64,000 nucleotides of DNA, from NCBI RefSeq assembly GCF_006345805.1, contig NC_043001.1, forward strand, positions 116,746,001-116,810,000, given 5' to 3'. Origin of the DNA: Octopus sinensis. Lineage: Eukaryota. The notes beneath the pieces were generated by a model. That model searched no databases and had not been told where the DNA came from. It saw only the letters and a list, made by a program, of their open reading frames with translations. Positions 22,861-35,806 of the stretch are shown piece after piece (the stretch's first letter is position 1; the number at the start of each line of letters is the position of its first letter). The translations under genes were made by a program, and so were the position numbers.

Positions 22861-24058
22861 TAAGGTAGTGCGCTGGCTGAATAGTTAACATACCAGACCA
22901 AATGCTTAGCAGCATCTTACCTATCTTTATGTTCTGAGTTCAAATTCAACTGAAATCAATTTTGCCTTTCATCCTTTTGGGGGTCAGTGAAATAAGTACC
23001 AGTTGAGCACTGGGGTTTGATGTCATTGCCTATCCCCATCCCCTAATATTTCAGGCCTTGTGTCTATTGTAGAAAGGATCATGAGATAGCAAGTTGGCAG
23101 AATAATTAGCATGACAACAAAATGTCTTGGGGGGTATTTATTCCAGGTTGTCTATGTTCTGAGTTGAAATCCTGCTGAAGTCAACTATGCCTTTAATCCC
23201 TCCATGCTTGATAAAGTACCAGTCAAGTAGTGAGGTCAATAGTATTAACTAAAACACCCCCTCCAAATTTCAGGCCCTTTGCTGTTATTAGAAACAATTA
23301 TTATTAAGTGTTGGGATAAATGCTTTGTTGTATTTGTTCTGACACTTTATGTTCTGAGTTCAAATCCTGCTATGGTCAACCTCAACATTGCCTTTCCAAT
23401 CTTGAGGTTTGATAAAAGTACCAGTCAAGTACTGGGGGTCATTAAAATGAACTACCTCTCTGCCCCAAAATATCCAGGTAATGTGCCTATAGTAGAAAGG
23501 ATTATTATTATTATTGTCGTCGTTGTCGGTGGCGACGAGCTGAACAAAATGTTTAGCTGCAATTTTGTTTGTTTTTACACTCTGAGTTCAAATGGCACAA
23601 GGTCAACTTTGCCATTCATTTCTTTGGAGGTCAATGAAATAAGTACCTGTTGAGCACTGGGATCGATATAATTGACTAGCCCCCTCCCCCCAAATTTCAG
23701 GCCTGTTATACAAAGGATTATTATTATTATTCTGGCAGAAATGTTAGAGCATCAGAAACAATGCCTTGTAACATTTGTCACTGCTCTTTGCATTCTGAGT
23801 TCAAATCTCACCAAAGTTGCCTTTCCTCCCTCCAGAGTTCTTAAAGTAAATTACCTGTCAAGTACTACAATCAGTGGTATTAACTAACCTTATTTCATAA
23901 AAAACTGCTGGTTTTGTGCTTAAATCAGAAACCATTATTACTTTTATTACTTATTAAAGCTACAAGCTAGCAGAATCATTAGCATGCTGGACAAAATGTA
24001 TAGTGACGTTTCTTATTTGCCTTTCAATCTTTTGGGGTTGATAAAATAAGTATCAGTT
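22861..24058 (+). mobile_element. Head-to-tail array of ~7 decayed Meta-domain-like SINEs (tail A)
   Basis: Repeated ttctgagttcaaat...ttgcctttc...aagtaccagt...ggccttgtg...agaaaggattatt units, with CpGs decayed. Confidence 0.75.
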
Positions 24059-24086
24059 CTATATTTCTGAGATGAGGAATTTATAT

Positions 24087-24622
24087 TATGTATACTGTTT
24101 ATATTAGTTATACTCCTGTCCTTATTTTGATTGTTGTTTTTACTACACTTTGGCCGTTGTATTCTCCAGCCGTCTTCAGGTGTTTGCATTGAACTTGGTT
24201 GTTGTATCAGAATTTTGAATTTTACCCTTTATATGATCCATGGGGTACACTGTCCTCATTTTGCTCTATGTTTTAAGGGTTTTTTTTTTTGTGAATTATC
24301 TTAATGCTTTGCTTGAGATTGAACTCAAACCTCTAGGTGACTGCACAGCGTAGTAGATAAGGACATTTGTTAATCCCAGTCAAGGGATTAAGGTAATTCT
24401 CAAAAAGATCAACTGAAGCAAGAATTGTCATGGAACACACAGAGAGCAGAATGAAAACAGTATACCCCTGTGTATCAAATAATGAGTTAGGCTTGAAATT
24501 CTGATACAACACCCAATTTCAACACAAGACACCTGAAGAAGGCTGAAGTATACAACAGCCGAACTGTAGTGAAAGTAACAATCAAGAATACACCAGTCTG
24601 ACTAATATAAACAGTAGGCATA
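24087..24622. mobile_element. Penelope-like element remnant with inverted pLTR-like arms
   Basis: Arms 24087-24270 and 24438-24622 are imperfect reverse complements. Each holds CTGAAGA-N-GGCTG-loop-C(A/G)GCC, a hammerhead-like motif. Confidence 0.6.
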
Positions 24623-24732
24623 GAATAAGCATAAGTTGAGCATTGAAGTTGATGTAATCAACTAACCCACTTCCCCTAAAATTGCTGGCTTTTCACCAAA
24701 ATTTGTAACCATCATTATTATTACTTTGGCAG

Positions 24733-24884
24733 GGGCTGATGGATCTGTGAGAATGTTTGATTTACGACATCTGGAACATTCCACTATTATATATGAAGAT
24801 CCCCAACATCATCCACTTCTACGGTTAGCATGGAATAAGCAGGATCCTAACTACTTAGCGACAATGGCTATGGATGCAATGGAG
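24733..24884 (+). CDS. DCAF7: DCAF7 coding exon 6
   Basis: (G)[50 protein letters not shown]. gcag|...|gtaatg. Confidence 0.97.
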
Positions 24885-25989
24885 GTAATGTGGATTTGTT
24901 AAAAACATAGAGTGATTCAAAAATCCATTTAGTATGGTTTGTTTTTTATTATGCACATTAATAGAAAGACTGATCTGAAGTAGATGTACAGATCTCTAAG
25001 TGGCTCTGTTGTAAAATTTGATTTTGACATGGTTATGAGGGATCAATTTATTTCTTATTTCCACATCTTTCATACTTGTATGTTTGAGTTGTTATATTGT
25101 GCAATTTTTTAAGACATTGAATATTCTCTCATCTTTTAATAGTGATATTTTTCTAAAGTATATATGTGTGTGTGTAAATATCTCAAGGTATTCACAACAA
25201 AATAGCAAGATAGTATTAAAAATATACAAAAGCAAAATTATAGCAAAATAAAAATTTCATATATAGTTTGATTGCTAAAGAGACCTCTGTATCATCCTCT
25301 GTTAGTGTTCAACTGAAAAATGCAGAGCAATCTGCAAAAGTTCCTTTCTGCTCAGTAGAATTTGTTCAAATGACATCACTCGTATTGGTCTCAGGAATCA
25401 AACACCCATTACACTTTGTAAAGTGGCTATCATTAGGAAGGGCATCTAACTCCGGAAACAATCCAAAACTGAGACACTGGAACAAGACATGGCCCTCTGA
25501 TGAGTTGGATCCTGTCAAAACATCCAACCCATCCCAGCATGAAAGGCAGACATAAAATGATGACTAATGTCATCAAGAAAAGAGTTTGAAAAAAAAAGAT
25601 GATAGAAATACTGGTGTTTATTTTGATAGTTATAATGGCTTGTTTTCATCAAAACAACTGATACCATCGGATCACTATTGTAGTTGCTGATATTGCACAT
25701 GCAGTATGAGAGCCATTCCTATACGATAGTTAAGTTGTGATATATCTGATGTCTAACAGAGCTTTGCACATCCTTGATATTTTACATCTGATAAATATGG
25801 TCAGTGGGCATAAATGGTAGTGTTATATTAAATATCTTACAGCATCGTAATCCTTTTACACTGGGAGTTCAAATGCTACCAAAACAATTATGCCTCCTCC
25901 TCCTCCTCCTTCATCAGAAGGACAGGTGATAAGAAAATAAAACTGAGGCAGTGATCTGGGAAAGAGTGTGAGAGAGTAATAGAAGAGAA

Positions 25990-26395
25990 CCAGAATTCTT
26001 AGATTCGTCTTGTAGAACTAAGTCCCCAGCATTCAGGAGTTCCCATAGATAGCTGGTCTGAAACTCCTCTGTTATGACCAAGGGGGCTGTAATAAATGGA
26101 AGGAGGCTGAGAACTGATTCCTGAGATACACTTATTTACATCCTAAATTCTTTCTCAGAAACTCAGTTAACTTCCACCTTGCACATGCTATTTGTCTATC
26201 TCTAGTTCTCTTAGAAACCACCAGCCTACAGAGCATTGAACTCTGTTGAAGTCCTTTGCCAAGTCAACAAAAGTTTGGTAGAGTGGCTTATTCATAGTTG
26301 AGTGCTTCTCCTGTAGTTGTCTCATAAAGATGAGGGCATTGGTGATACCTAGTCTTACAAAACCCAGAACTTGTCTCCTCTAGGCTAAATCCCTT
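25990..26395 (-). mobile_element. Decayed RTE RT fragment
   Basis: GITNALIFMRQLQEKH..NKPLYQTFVDLAK and QESVLSLLPFITAPLVITEEFQTSYLWELLNAGDLVL. Confidence 0.75.
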
Positions 26396-26487
26396 CCCAA
26401 ACACAGTCCATCAATTGGGTGCATCTGTTGTTGCTTGTCTTTAGATGAACATATCAGCATATTAACTACCATAAATGTCATAAAATG

Positions 26488-27131
26488 ATTTGGGCATAAG
26501 AGGCATGACTGCATTAGTTTGGTCAAATGATGTGGATGAATGTGGACAGCTGTTTGAAGAAGTGCTGATTTCTAACAGTGGAGGGAAGCTGTGGAAGAGG
26601 GAGGCCCAGGAAGACAGGACAAGGTGGTGAAGCATGATCTTCAAACATTGGGTCTCATGGAGGTAATGACTTGTGTCCAAGACCTTTGATGATATGCTGT
26701 GCTTGAGAAGAGACCTGTTAAGCCAAGTGGAATCATAGTTGTGACTGTTGTTGGTGTCGCGTAACTGACATGTAAAGATCACAATGTGGCTGATGCCAGT
26801 GTCATGTAAAAAGCAGCTTTCAAGTGTTGGGCCTCACAGAGGCAATGACAGATGACTGAGACCCTTTAGCAATATGCTGTGCTTGAGAAGAAGACCCATC
26901 AAGTCAAGTGGATCCTGATTATGGCAGATATTGGTGTCATGCAACTGGCACGTAAAAGCAGCCATTACACTCTTCAAGTGGTTGGCATTAAGAAGTGCAT
27001 CCAGTCATAGAAACCACACCTAATCAGACTGAAGCCTGGTGCAGCCCCTCAGTTTACCAGCCCTGGTCAAACCATCCATCCCATCCCATGCCAGCATGGA
27101 CAACAGACGTTAAATGGTGATGATGATGATG
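26488..27131 (+). mobile_element. RTE LINE ORF C-terminus joined to its 3' UTR and (GAT)n tail
   Basis: LGIRG...NVDSCLKKC...VEGSCGRGRPRKT...KHDLQTLGL, then ggcattaagaagtgcatccag...cagacgttaaatggtgatgatg. Confidence 0.8.
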
Positions 27132-28086
27132 TCTACCACCATTTGTGTTATGATTGATTTTATCAACATACCTCTTACCATTAATGTTTGGAGGTATGAG
27201 ATGTTTTGGCACAGCTGTTTTGACAATGCCTATTTGGCATTGCTAATTTGACGCTGACTTATTCAACATCAAACATTTTGTCCCCAGGACTTTTTGGCAC
27301 CTTGAAAATTTTGTTTCACAACTATTGAACTTCATTTAGCTTTCTGCTTCATTTGATGTATATGATGGCTGGTGAAACTTTGACAAAATAGGGAAAAGAA
27401 AAATCTTCTCATTGGCTTTATGAATGTCTTTGACAAAATAGAACTAACAGAGAATTTAAATAATTTTGGTGCCGTGAGTAGAAAAATCAGAGAGAGAAAA
27501 ATATTAAAAGAATCTTCAAAAACATTACAAAACTATAAACATATTTGGACATACTTTTCTGAACTAATTTTTATTTTTTCATTCATTTATCCATACTGAC
27601 TTAGAAAAAGTATTTTTTGTAAAAAGAGACAGTGCGTATATAGCACTGGCAGGCTATTAGTGTATGATGTCAATGTAGTTGATTTCCTGTGTGTTGTTCA
27701 GGAGTAGAGACTTATTGTATTGCAGATATTTTCTGATGTGTCTTGTGATTGTGTCTTGGTGCCATTGAATGAGGTTATAATTTGCTGTTTTCACGGTGAT
27801 ATGGACGAGATGAATTGGAGAACTTTTATATCTTCTTGCAGATTGTTGAAGCAAGTAATTTTGCAATTAAATTGCTTCTATACATTAATTTTCAATACAT
27901 GAACTGATAATGGTATCTATTTAAGAAAGCAGGATGGTAATCAATATTGGTCATGTGTGTTTGTCTAGAGGCATTGTAAAGTTTTGATATTAGAAGTTGG
28001 GAATGAATGACAATATGTTAAAAATATGATAAAAATAAATAAATAGTATAAATATATAATAAAAATAAACCTCTTATTTCTTGCAG

Positions 28087-28204
28087 GTTATCATTCTTGA
28101 TGTAAGAGTGCCATGCACCCCTGTGGCTCGACTCAATAATCACCGTGCCTGTGTGAATGGTATTGCCTGGGCTCCACATTCCAGCTGTCACATCTGCACA
28201 GCTG
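28087..28204 (+). CDS. DCAF7: DCAF7 coding exon 7
   Basis: VIILDVRVPCTPVARLNNHRACVNGIAWAPHSSCHICTA+G (phase 1). gcag|...|gtaagt. Confidence 0.97.
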
Positions 28205-28667
28205 GTAAGTTCATTCCCTTCTCTTGCAACTTTGTTTCTGTTTGCTTATTAAATAACTTTTATTTATTTTTACGTCATTTTCTGAAGTTTTCTCTTCATT
28301 GCTCTGAGAGTTAGTTCACAACAAAATACCATTTCTACACTCAAAACTTTGTATTGTTGACAAAGCCAGGGTTGTTTCATATCATACCAGGCTGAACTTT
28401 GTCTTTAACAATTCTGCTTTATTTGATGTAAATTTTATCTAATATGCAAACAGCACTTACCATTGTTCCAGTCAGAATTTTTTTCAGCTGTTTATATTCT
28501 CTGGTGTTGATTTTACATTATTATATAACATTAGGAATCAAGAATCAAAAATTCGTTTAGATTTTAAAATAGAATTATTTTGAATTCTAACTTGGGGAGA
28601 TAGTAAGGGGTATGCCTCTACCAAATTGAAGACCAAGTTGTTAGATTGTTAAAATAAATATCATTGG

Positions 28668-29055
28668 TATGGGCATGACTGGATTGATACAGATTTACTT
28701 CATAACCATGTGATTCTGAGTTCCATCATGCTGTGTGGGACTTCGGTCAAGTGTCCTCTACTATAGCTTCAGGTTGACCAATGCCTTGTGAGTGGAATTG
28801 GTAAGCAGAAACTGTAAGGAAGCTTGATATGTGCATGAATGATTACATCTCATGTATTTGCATGGAACCATTGAGTGGAACCATGATGATGTGTTGACAT
28901 TTCCTTTTAGCAAATTGCTATTTGGTTCTGTTGAATAAAAATATTCCTTACTTGAAAAACAAGTAAAGTTCTGTGACAGGAAGAATATCCAGCTGTAAAG
29001 TAATGTCTCCCAATAAATGTTTGTCTAATTCATGTTAGCATGGAAAATGGATGTA
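28668..29055 (+). mobile_element. Decayed CORE-type SINE with module Y / RTE-like tail
   Basis: Head and CORE motif (cttcggtcaagtgtcctctac), then gtgacaggaagaatatccagctg...agcatggaaaatggatgtaaaa. Confidence 0.55.
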
Positions 29056-29159
29056 AAAAGGACCAATTTGTACAAAATGTCAAATTTGGAATTTTAGATT
29101 GTATTCGACTTGTTATTGTTGTTATACGAAAACCATTTTCCTTTGTTATTTTCTTGCAG

Positions 29160-29332
29160 CGGATGACCATCAAGCTCTGATATGGGATATACAGCAGATG
29201 CCTCGAGCTATTGAAGACCCTATCTTAGCCTATACAGCAGCTGGTGAGATTAATCAAATCCAATGGTCATCGACCCAACCAGATTGGATTGCTATCTGCT
29301 ATAACAACTGTTTGGAGATTCTGAGAGTTTGA
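29160..29332 (+). CDS. DCAF7: DCAF7 coding exon 8 (stop TGA 29330-29332)
   Basis: (A)[56 protein letters not shown]. The total spliced CDS is 1044 nt. Confidence 0.97.
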
Positions 29333-32300
29333 AGTAAAATACAGAAGCACTGATACAAAACATTATTTAAGGGACTACACACTTTTTAAAAAAAACAAAA
29401 AATTCCCCTCTCCCTCCTCCCATATCCTTTGCCATCCTGCTTGTTCTTTCTTTAAAAGGAAGAATGGAAATTAAGTCCTCTTTTTATTTATTCTATCTCT
29501 TCGGCAGACTAATTCCTATCCATTCATTTTGTTTTCTCATTTTCTTTTTTAGTCATAATCTTATTTTTATTTTTATAAAAATGACCATTTCATAGTCATT
29601 CTGAATTTAATTTGTTTGCATGAGTGTGTGTGTGTGCATGGCTGATTGTGTTTGGTATGTGCGCATGCGTGTGTGTGTGCATGGCTGATTGTGTTTGGTA
29701 TGTGCGCATGCGTGTGTACATGTGTGCATGAATGTTTGCATGAGTGGTTGACGTGTTTGTGCATGTATGTGTGTAAATATATTTATAAAAGTTGTTTCCC
29801 ATTTTTTTAAAAGCCACATTAAAGTCAAGCGCCAAAAATGAAATAAGAACAAATAATAGCCAGGGTATTCACATATTTTAATCTGTATGAGTATTTGTCA
29901 ACTATACAATTCAAAAGTTAAAAATCACTTCAGACTGTCTTAGATTCAAAGAAATATGCCAAGCTGTATTCATACAAATTTACTAAAACAAATTCCAAGT
30001 GAATCTTGTGGTTTGTAATGACTTGACAAGCATTTCTATCCTTAATTCTAATTATAACAATGCAATGGTGAATATATTTTGCTGGTGTGTGGTTTTTCTT
30101 TCCCACGTAGAAATCACTGTTTATTTTGGAATTTTTTCTAATGCTCATTCCCATTGAAGATTTTTCTGTGGAAATTGATTCAATTTGATCCTGTTAATTT
30201 TTTGATTAACTTGGGGAAAATACAGTGTATTTGAATATCTTGGCCCATAGGACAGTGTAAATTCCCATATGCTAATGTGTATCAGTGATACAGTGCTTCT
30301 ACCTTGAACATTGGTAAACAGTACTTACATTTGATAATATTTACAGCTTGGTGGTCTGATGTAATAAGTTTGAGACTAAACACAACTAGTAATGAGATAC
30401 AAAGACTAAACACTTTGGCTGGTTGATTGACTCCCTGTTGAGTTGGATGGAGGTCACTCCTACTTTTGAATTGTTTAGTTTGCAAAATTCTACTGATTAA
30501 ATTATACAACCATCCCCTAATTTGCAAAAGCAGTGCAATCCTGAAAATGTTGTAAGCTGAAATTCTCTAACATAAAATGTATTTGCCATTGACTTCCATT
30601 TTCCATGCAGGTCAATGGGAAGTATGTTCCATGTTGGAGAATTCCATAATATGACAACATTTATCAGGAATATAACACGACCATTATATCAGTTATTCTC
30701 TATGGACTGTAACATGGAGGATGCCTGTTTATAAAAGTTATACACACATAAATATTGTCTTCTGTCTTGTTGTTGATTAAGCTAACCTCTTTTGTACTTT
30801 AGTATTGACAACAAAACAAAGATGTCCTTTAATGAAAAATAACCTCTACATGATCACTCAAACCGTCTAACTTGTGTATACCAACACTCATCTGTTTACT
30901 CATATACACTTGTTTAACCTAAAGAAAAGAAAAGTGTGTATATGTGTGTACACGTCTTAAAACTCACTTCTGTCAAACTGCAACTGTGTATATCAACATA
31001 CATTTCAACATACACATTTCAAGGTAAGTCTTAAAAAAAAAAAAGAAACATATATATGATTGTATTTGTAATAATAGTTAAAACAAAAAGAATGATGATG
31101 AATAAGCTTTCTTCTCATGACATTGGAACATTAAACATTATATGATCTGCTATATTTATTATATTTTAAACTACCCATTTTTTTTTTTAAATGAAACTGC
31201 TAATGCTGCTATTTATCATTGTCTTCTGTCTTAGCTGTACCACATCATGTATTCATGTTTATCCTTCATGCTAAGATAAACTTCATATGAGACAACAAAC
31301 ATCTTTACAAAATCAAGAAAAAGAAAATAATTAAAATTTGGAATCATTTCAATTTGAAATATACATTAAAAGATATCAAAATATGAATACCAACAAAAAG
31401 GCTTATTCTTATTATTAATAGCAGTGGAACATTGCTGGATATTGTTGGTTTTGATTGTCATGGTCCTGGTAAGAACGTCTGTTGATTCCTCTCCAGGACT
31501 TCCAAGTTTTATAGGCTAAAAACAGGGTTTCTTCAGTGTTCCAGAATATGAAAATGCTACAAGTGAGAAGTGTCTACTGTCTACCAATCAATCCCAGTTC
31601 AGGCCTTGTATTTCATCTAAATAACTGTGTTGTGCTCCTGTGCAAGGCATAACCCTGACTGTTATTAAAAGTTCCATGGGAAACATTGCATCTATGACCG
31701 ACCTATCCTTTTGAATGCTTATAACAGCAATGCCAAATGTGTTCTTGCTTCTTAAGATGGTACAATTGCAATTGAGGAAGATTTTGACTTCTATTTCTAG
31801 AAGGTCAGCAACTATATAGAAACTCTCACATTTGTTTCAGTAACTGGCAGTAGAAAAAAGAAAAAAAAAAAACGGGGCAAAAAGTGAAGTCCTTGAAGAA
31901 AACTACTTGTATAAATTTTTATCTTTGATATATGAAGTCCATAACTGGTAAAATGTAAGGGTACAACTGATGATTTGTCTGGGTGTAGACGATCTTTGTT
32001 GGCTTTATAACAGAAAATTAAATGAATTTCCATTGACCTCAACAATAAGTATTCAGTTTTTCATTCAACTGAACTACCTACTCATTGAATTAGTGTGTAA
32101 GTGGCTGTATATTCCACAAATACCTGTACCCTTAATGTAATTTTTAAGCAGAATCTCCCTGTATGACACAGTGATAATGTTGGACACAGTTTCACTTACA
32201 AAGACTGGACCAGGCAGAGGCTGAAGTTAAAGACAACTGCACAAGATGCTTTGTAGTGGGATTGAACCTGGGACCTTATGATTGCAAAGTGAACTTCTTA

Positions 32301-35300
32301 ACCAGTATTTAAGCTGCCCTCAAATGAGGCACAGTTTCTGTTTGTCTCCTATTCAAAACAGATGTCTAAAACCTTCAGAAATGATATTATCACATATTGC
32401 GATTAACTTCTTTTATGTCGTCTCATTGATAGTCATATCAGTACCTTGTTTAGGCAGCCAGCCAAAGTTGATGCTAGGATATCACAGGGAAGTAAAAATC
32501 ACAGAACAAAGTATACAAGTGGACCAAGCCTAGCTAACCTCTATTATCATGAGAGCAGCTGTTAGTCATGGAGAAATGTTATCACTCATTTTAACTTCTG
32601 CTATTAGTTGGTATCAATTTGAATTTTTGAAAATATTTTGATACTTCATTTGTGAAATTTGGATGAATATTTTAGAAAATATGACAATTTGAATGACAAT
32701 TTAGCCTAAATGAATAATTGGCCATATTTGTGATGTCATATCTTTGAAACTGAGGTGATAATCACCTTCAAATTACACAAATTAATAGTGTCCATGGGAT
32801 AGCAGTTGCCTGTTTTTATCAGGTTCTTGAAAATTAAACTTTTTTTCTTTGGGGCAATTTTAAAGAATTTGTGTCTGAAGCCTATTTTGTTGCATGTAAC
32901 AAACTGTTGGTTTTGCAACATGATTCATGCTTTACATGAATTTTTGGACCTAGCTAAATCCAAAAGTACAAGCCACATGGTTTTGGCACATTTGTAGTAG
33001 ATATAGAACTAAATGAATCCTGAAATTTTGGGACATGATACCATTTCAATAAAATCTTAATGGCTATAGACAATTAAATGCCAGAATTTTATATCAGGAT
33101 GCCTACATAAGTTTGATTTTCTCTGTTTGATAGGGATTTTTCCAATTTGTTTTCACCACACCCTTGGAAATGAAGCTTTTTATGAAAAGAATTTTGGAAA
33201 ATTTATTTTTTTCATCTCCCACTGCCAGACTGATTTTGGCCAATTTTTTTCCCCACTACACACTTCAAAACGATGGGAGAAGGCTTTTTTGGTAATAATA
33301 GTACAAAAAAAAAATTTTTTGAAAATATTTTCAGATGAAACAGTGTGTGATTTAAGGGTTTGGTTCATTGAGAATTGTTTATCTGTAGAACAGACCTACA
33401 TTATCTAATGTGTCCTTCCATTTTTGAAACAGTAGGCTGTGATTTGAGTGGGGCTGGGCTTCTATTTTTAGTGGATTGAGTGATCAGATCAAGGTACTCT
33501 TCTTAGCTTGTAGTTCATTGAATTACAAATACTGCACAACTTTTGTGCTGAACCACAAACTTTTTTTTTTGTTTGTTAGTCTAGCATTGTATTGAGTCAA
33601 CTAGTCATATCATGTAAGAAAGAAGTTTATCACTTTGTTGCAGAAAAGGTGGTGAGCTGACAGAATTGCTAGAATATCGAAAAGAAAAATGCTGGGTTCA
33701 AATCTCACCAAGGTCAACTTTGCTTTTCGTTGTTTCAGGGTCAATAAAATATAGTACTAGTTATTTACTAGGGTAGATAGTATTGGCTAACTCCCATTAA
33801 AATTGTTGACTTTTTACCTAAATTTGAGGCAATTATTTTGTTGCAACTGCCATGATAAGATGGCAAGATTTTTACGAACCAGTTTTCTTTTACATTGAAA
33901 ATGGCTTCCACGACTTCCTATTTGTTTTTATACCTGATAATTGAGATTTCATGTGTATGTAAGCAATGTAATTGCTAATCCTTTTTCACATAACAATGCT
34001 GTTATGTGGAATTATCATTATCTAAGTGTTCTAAGATATTTGAAAAAAGCAAAAAGATACCTGAAACTTTGTGTTATTTATATCCCATTATTTGTATCTC
34101 ACCTGTTTAACCCTATTGATATCAGTTCCTCTTTAGTTTATTGATACCACCCCTCCCTCCTCTTCTAATTTATAATTTACTATTAGAAACTTTTTATGTT
34201 CCGAATATCATCTTAATGCAAGTGTAAAGATGATGATTGGAATATTATGAAGTTTGCAGATAACTAGTATTATTTTTATGAATATTTGTTTCTTGTTTTT
34301 TTTTTTACCCATTTACCTAGTTACCCAGATATTTCATTGAGTATGGTGGAGTCATTGTTTGTCATCATCATTTGTGTCTGGGTTATATTTAACTTGACAA
34401 ATATTTTCTCTCAGCAGTTTATGTTCAGCATATATTTAGCTTAGGCGACCTCTTTTCAAACAATTATAACCTTGCTTATATTTAACTTTACAGAGCATCT
34501 CCAAGTAACTGATACTTAACTTTGAGCTAAAATAAAGCCACGACTTGTTGTTCAGTAAATGGATTAGAATAGCCATTTGGCTGTAAAATGTTTGTAAAAT
34601 AGATTTTAAAATAATTATTGAGCAGCTCAATTACATGTAAGATTCTGAAGATGTAAGAACCATTACACATGTAAGTTGTGTAATGGTTTTTATTTTATTC
34701 ATGGCTGTAGATTGGTTTAGTTATTAGAGAACTGGGTTCTTGAAGTTGAAATTCTGCTGAGGTTGATTTTGCCTTTCATCCCTTCACGGTCAATAAACCA
34801 TCATTCGACCACTGGTGTCATTCCTCCTTTCTCTTCCATGGATGAAAGCCTTCATATAGTGGTTCCCACAATCCTTTCTGCAGATTCTGTGATACAGAAA
34901 GATAAATTTCCCGGACAAATGCACCATACTAGTTTCTGATACTGCCTTCCCCCACTCCCCTTTATTTATTTATTTTTTTTTTTTAGATTTTATGGAAAAT
35001 ATTTTGGACCTTCATCAGGCTACAAAACCTGCCCAAGTCAGGCCAGAATTTTCAAACAAAATTTAAAAAAAACCCCATCTCACCATATTTTTAACTTTCT
35101 TAGGGTTATTATATATCCTGGCTTTGCTTTTAATCAGCCTGGTCTTGAGGTGGGGGTGTGCCCATGGCCTTCACAAACCCCCTGAAATGAAGCTGATTTT
35201 GTTAGCATTCTACTTGAATCGTTGTGAGCTGAAGACGACAGGCAAGATGCGCCAAGAGAGAAAACCAACATTCTAGAAAGAAAAGTCTTATCATATGGGT

Positions 35301-35514
35301 GACAAGTGTTGGTACAAGACTAATCAGTCAGCTCTTAAGAGCAGAGGCTATTGTGGTAGTAGTTGAAAATACAGAGTGAGGAGGCAGCAATTGGAGTGTA
35401 TTTGTGAATGACAGTTTAATACTGGAAATATTTTCTCTAGGTTCTGATAATTATTCTATGGTAAGGTAAACTGTGTAATAAAAAATTCTCAGGGAACATA
35501 TCTATAGTGGAAAT

Positions 35515-35806
35515 CATCATCATCGTTTAACGTCCGTTCTCCATGCTAGCATGGGTTGGACGGTTCAAGTGGGTTCTGGGAAGCCAGGAGGTTGCACCAG
35601 GCTCCAGTCTTATCTGGCAATGTTTCTACAGCTGGATGCCCTTCCTAACGCCAACCACTCCGTGAGAGTAGTGGGTGTTTTTTACGTGCCACCCGCACAG
35701 GTGCCAGGCGAGGCTGGCAACAGCCACGGTCGGATTGGTGCATTTTACGTGCCACCGGCACGGAAGCCAGTCGAGGTAGCACTGGCTTCGGCCACGATTC
35801 GGATCA
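35515..35806 (-). mobile_element. 5'-truncated RTE LINE 3' UTR
   Basis: catcatcgtttaacgtccgttctccatgctagc...gatgcccttcctaacgcc plus two internal repeats. Confidence 0.8.

Noticed and set aside
32590-33420. Possible old DNA-transposon remnant
   Set aside because: No TIRs, TSD or second copy could be identified.
35441-35460. 20-nt micro-exon (ctctag|...ATG|gtaagg)
   Set aside because: It has plausible splice signals but no gene context or homology, which is expected by chance in AT-rich DNA.
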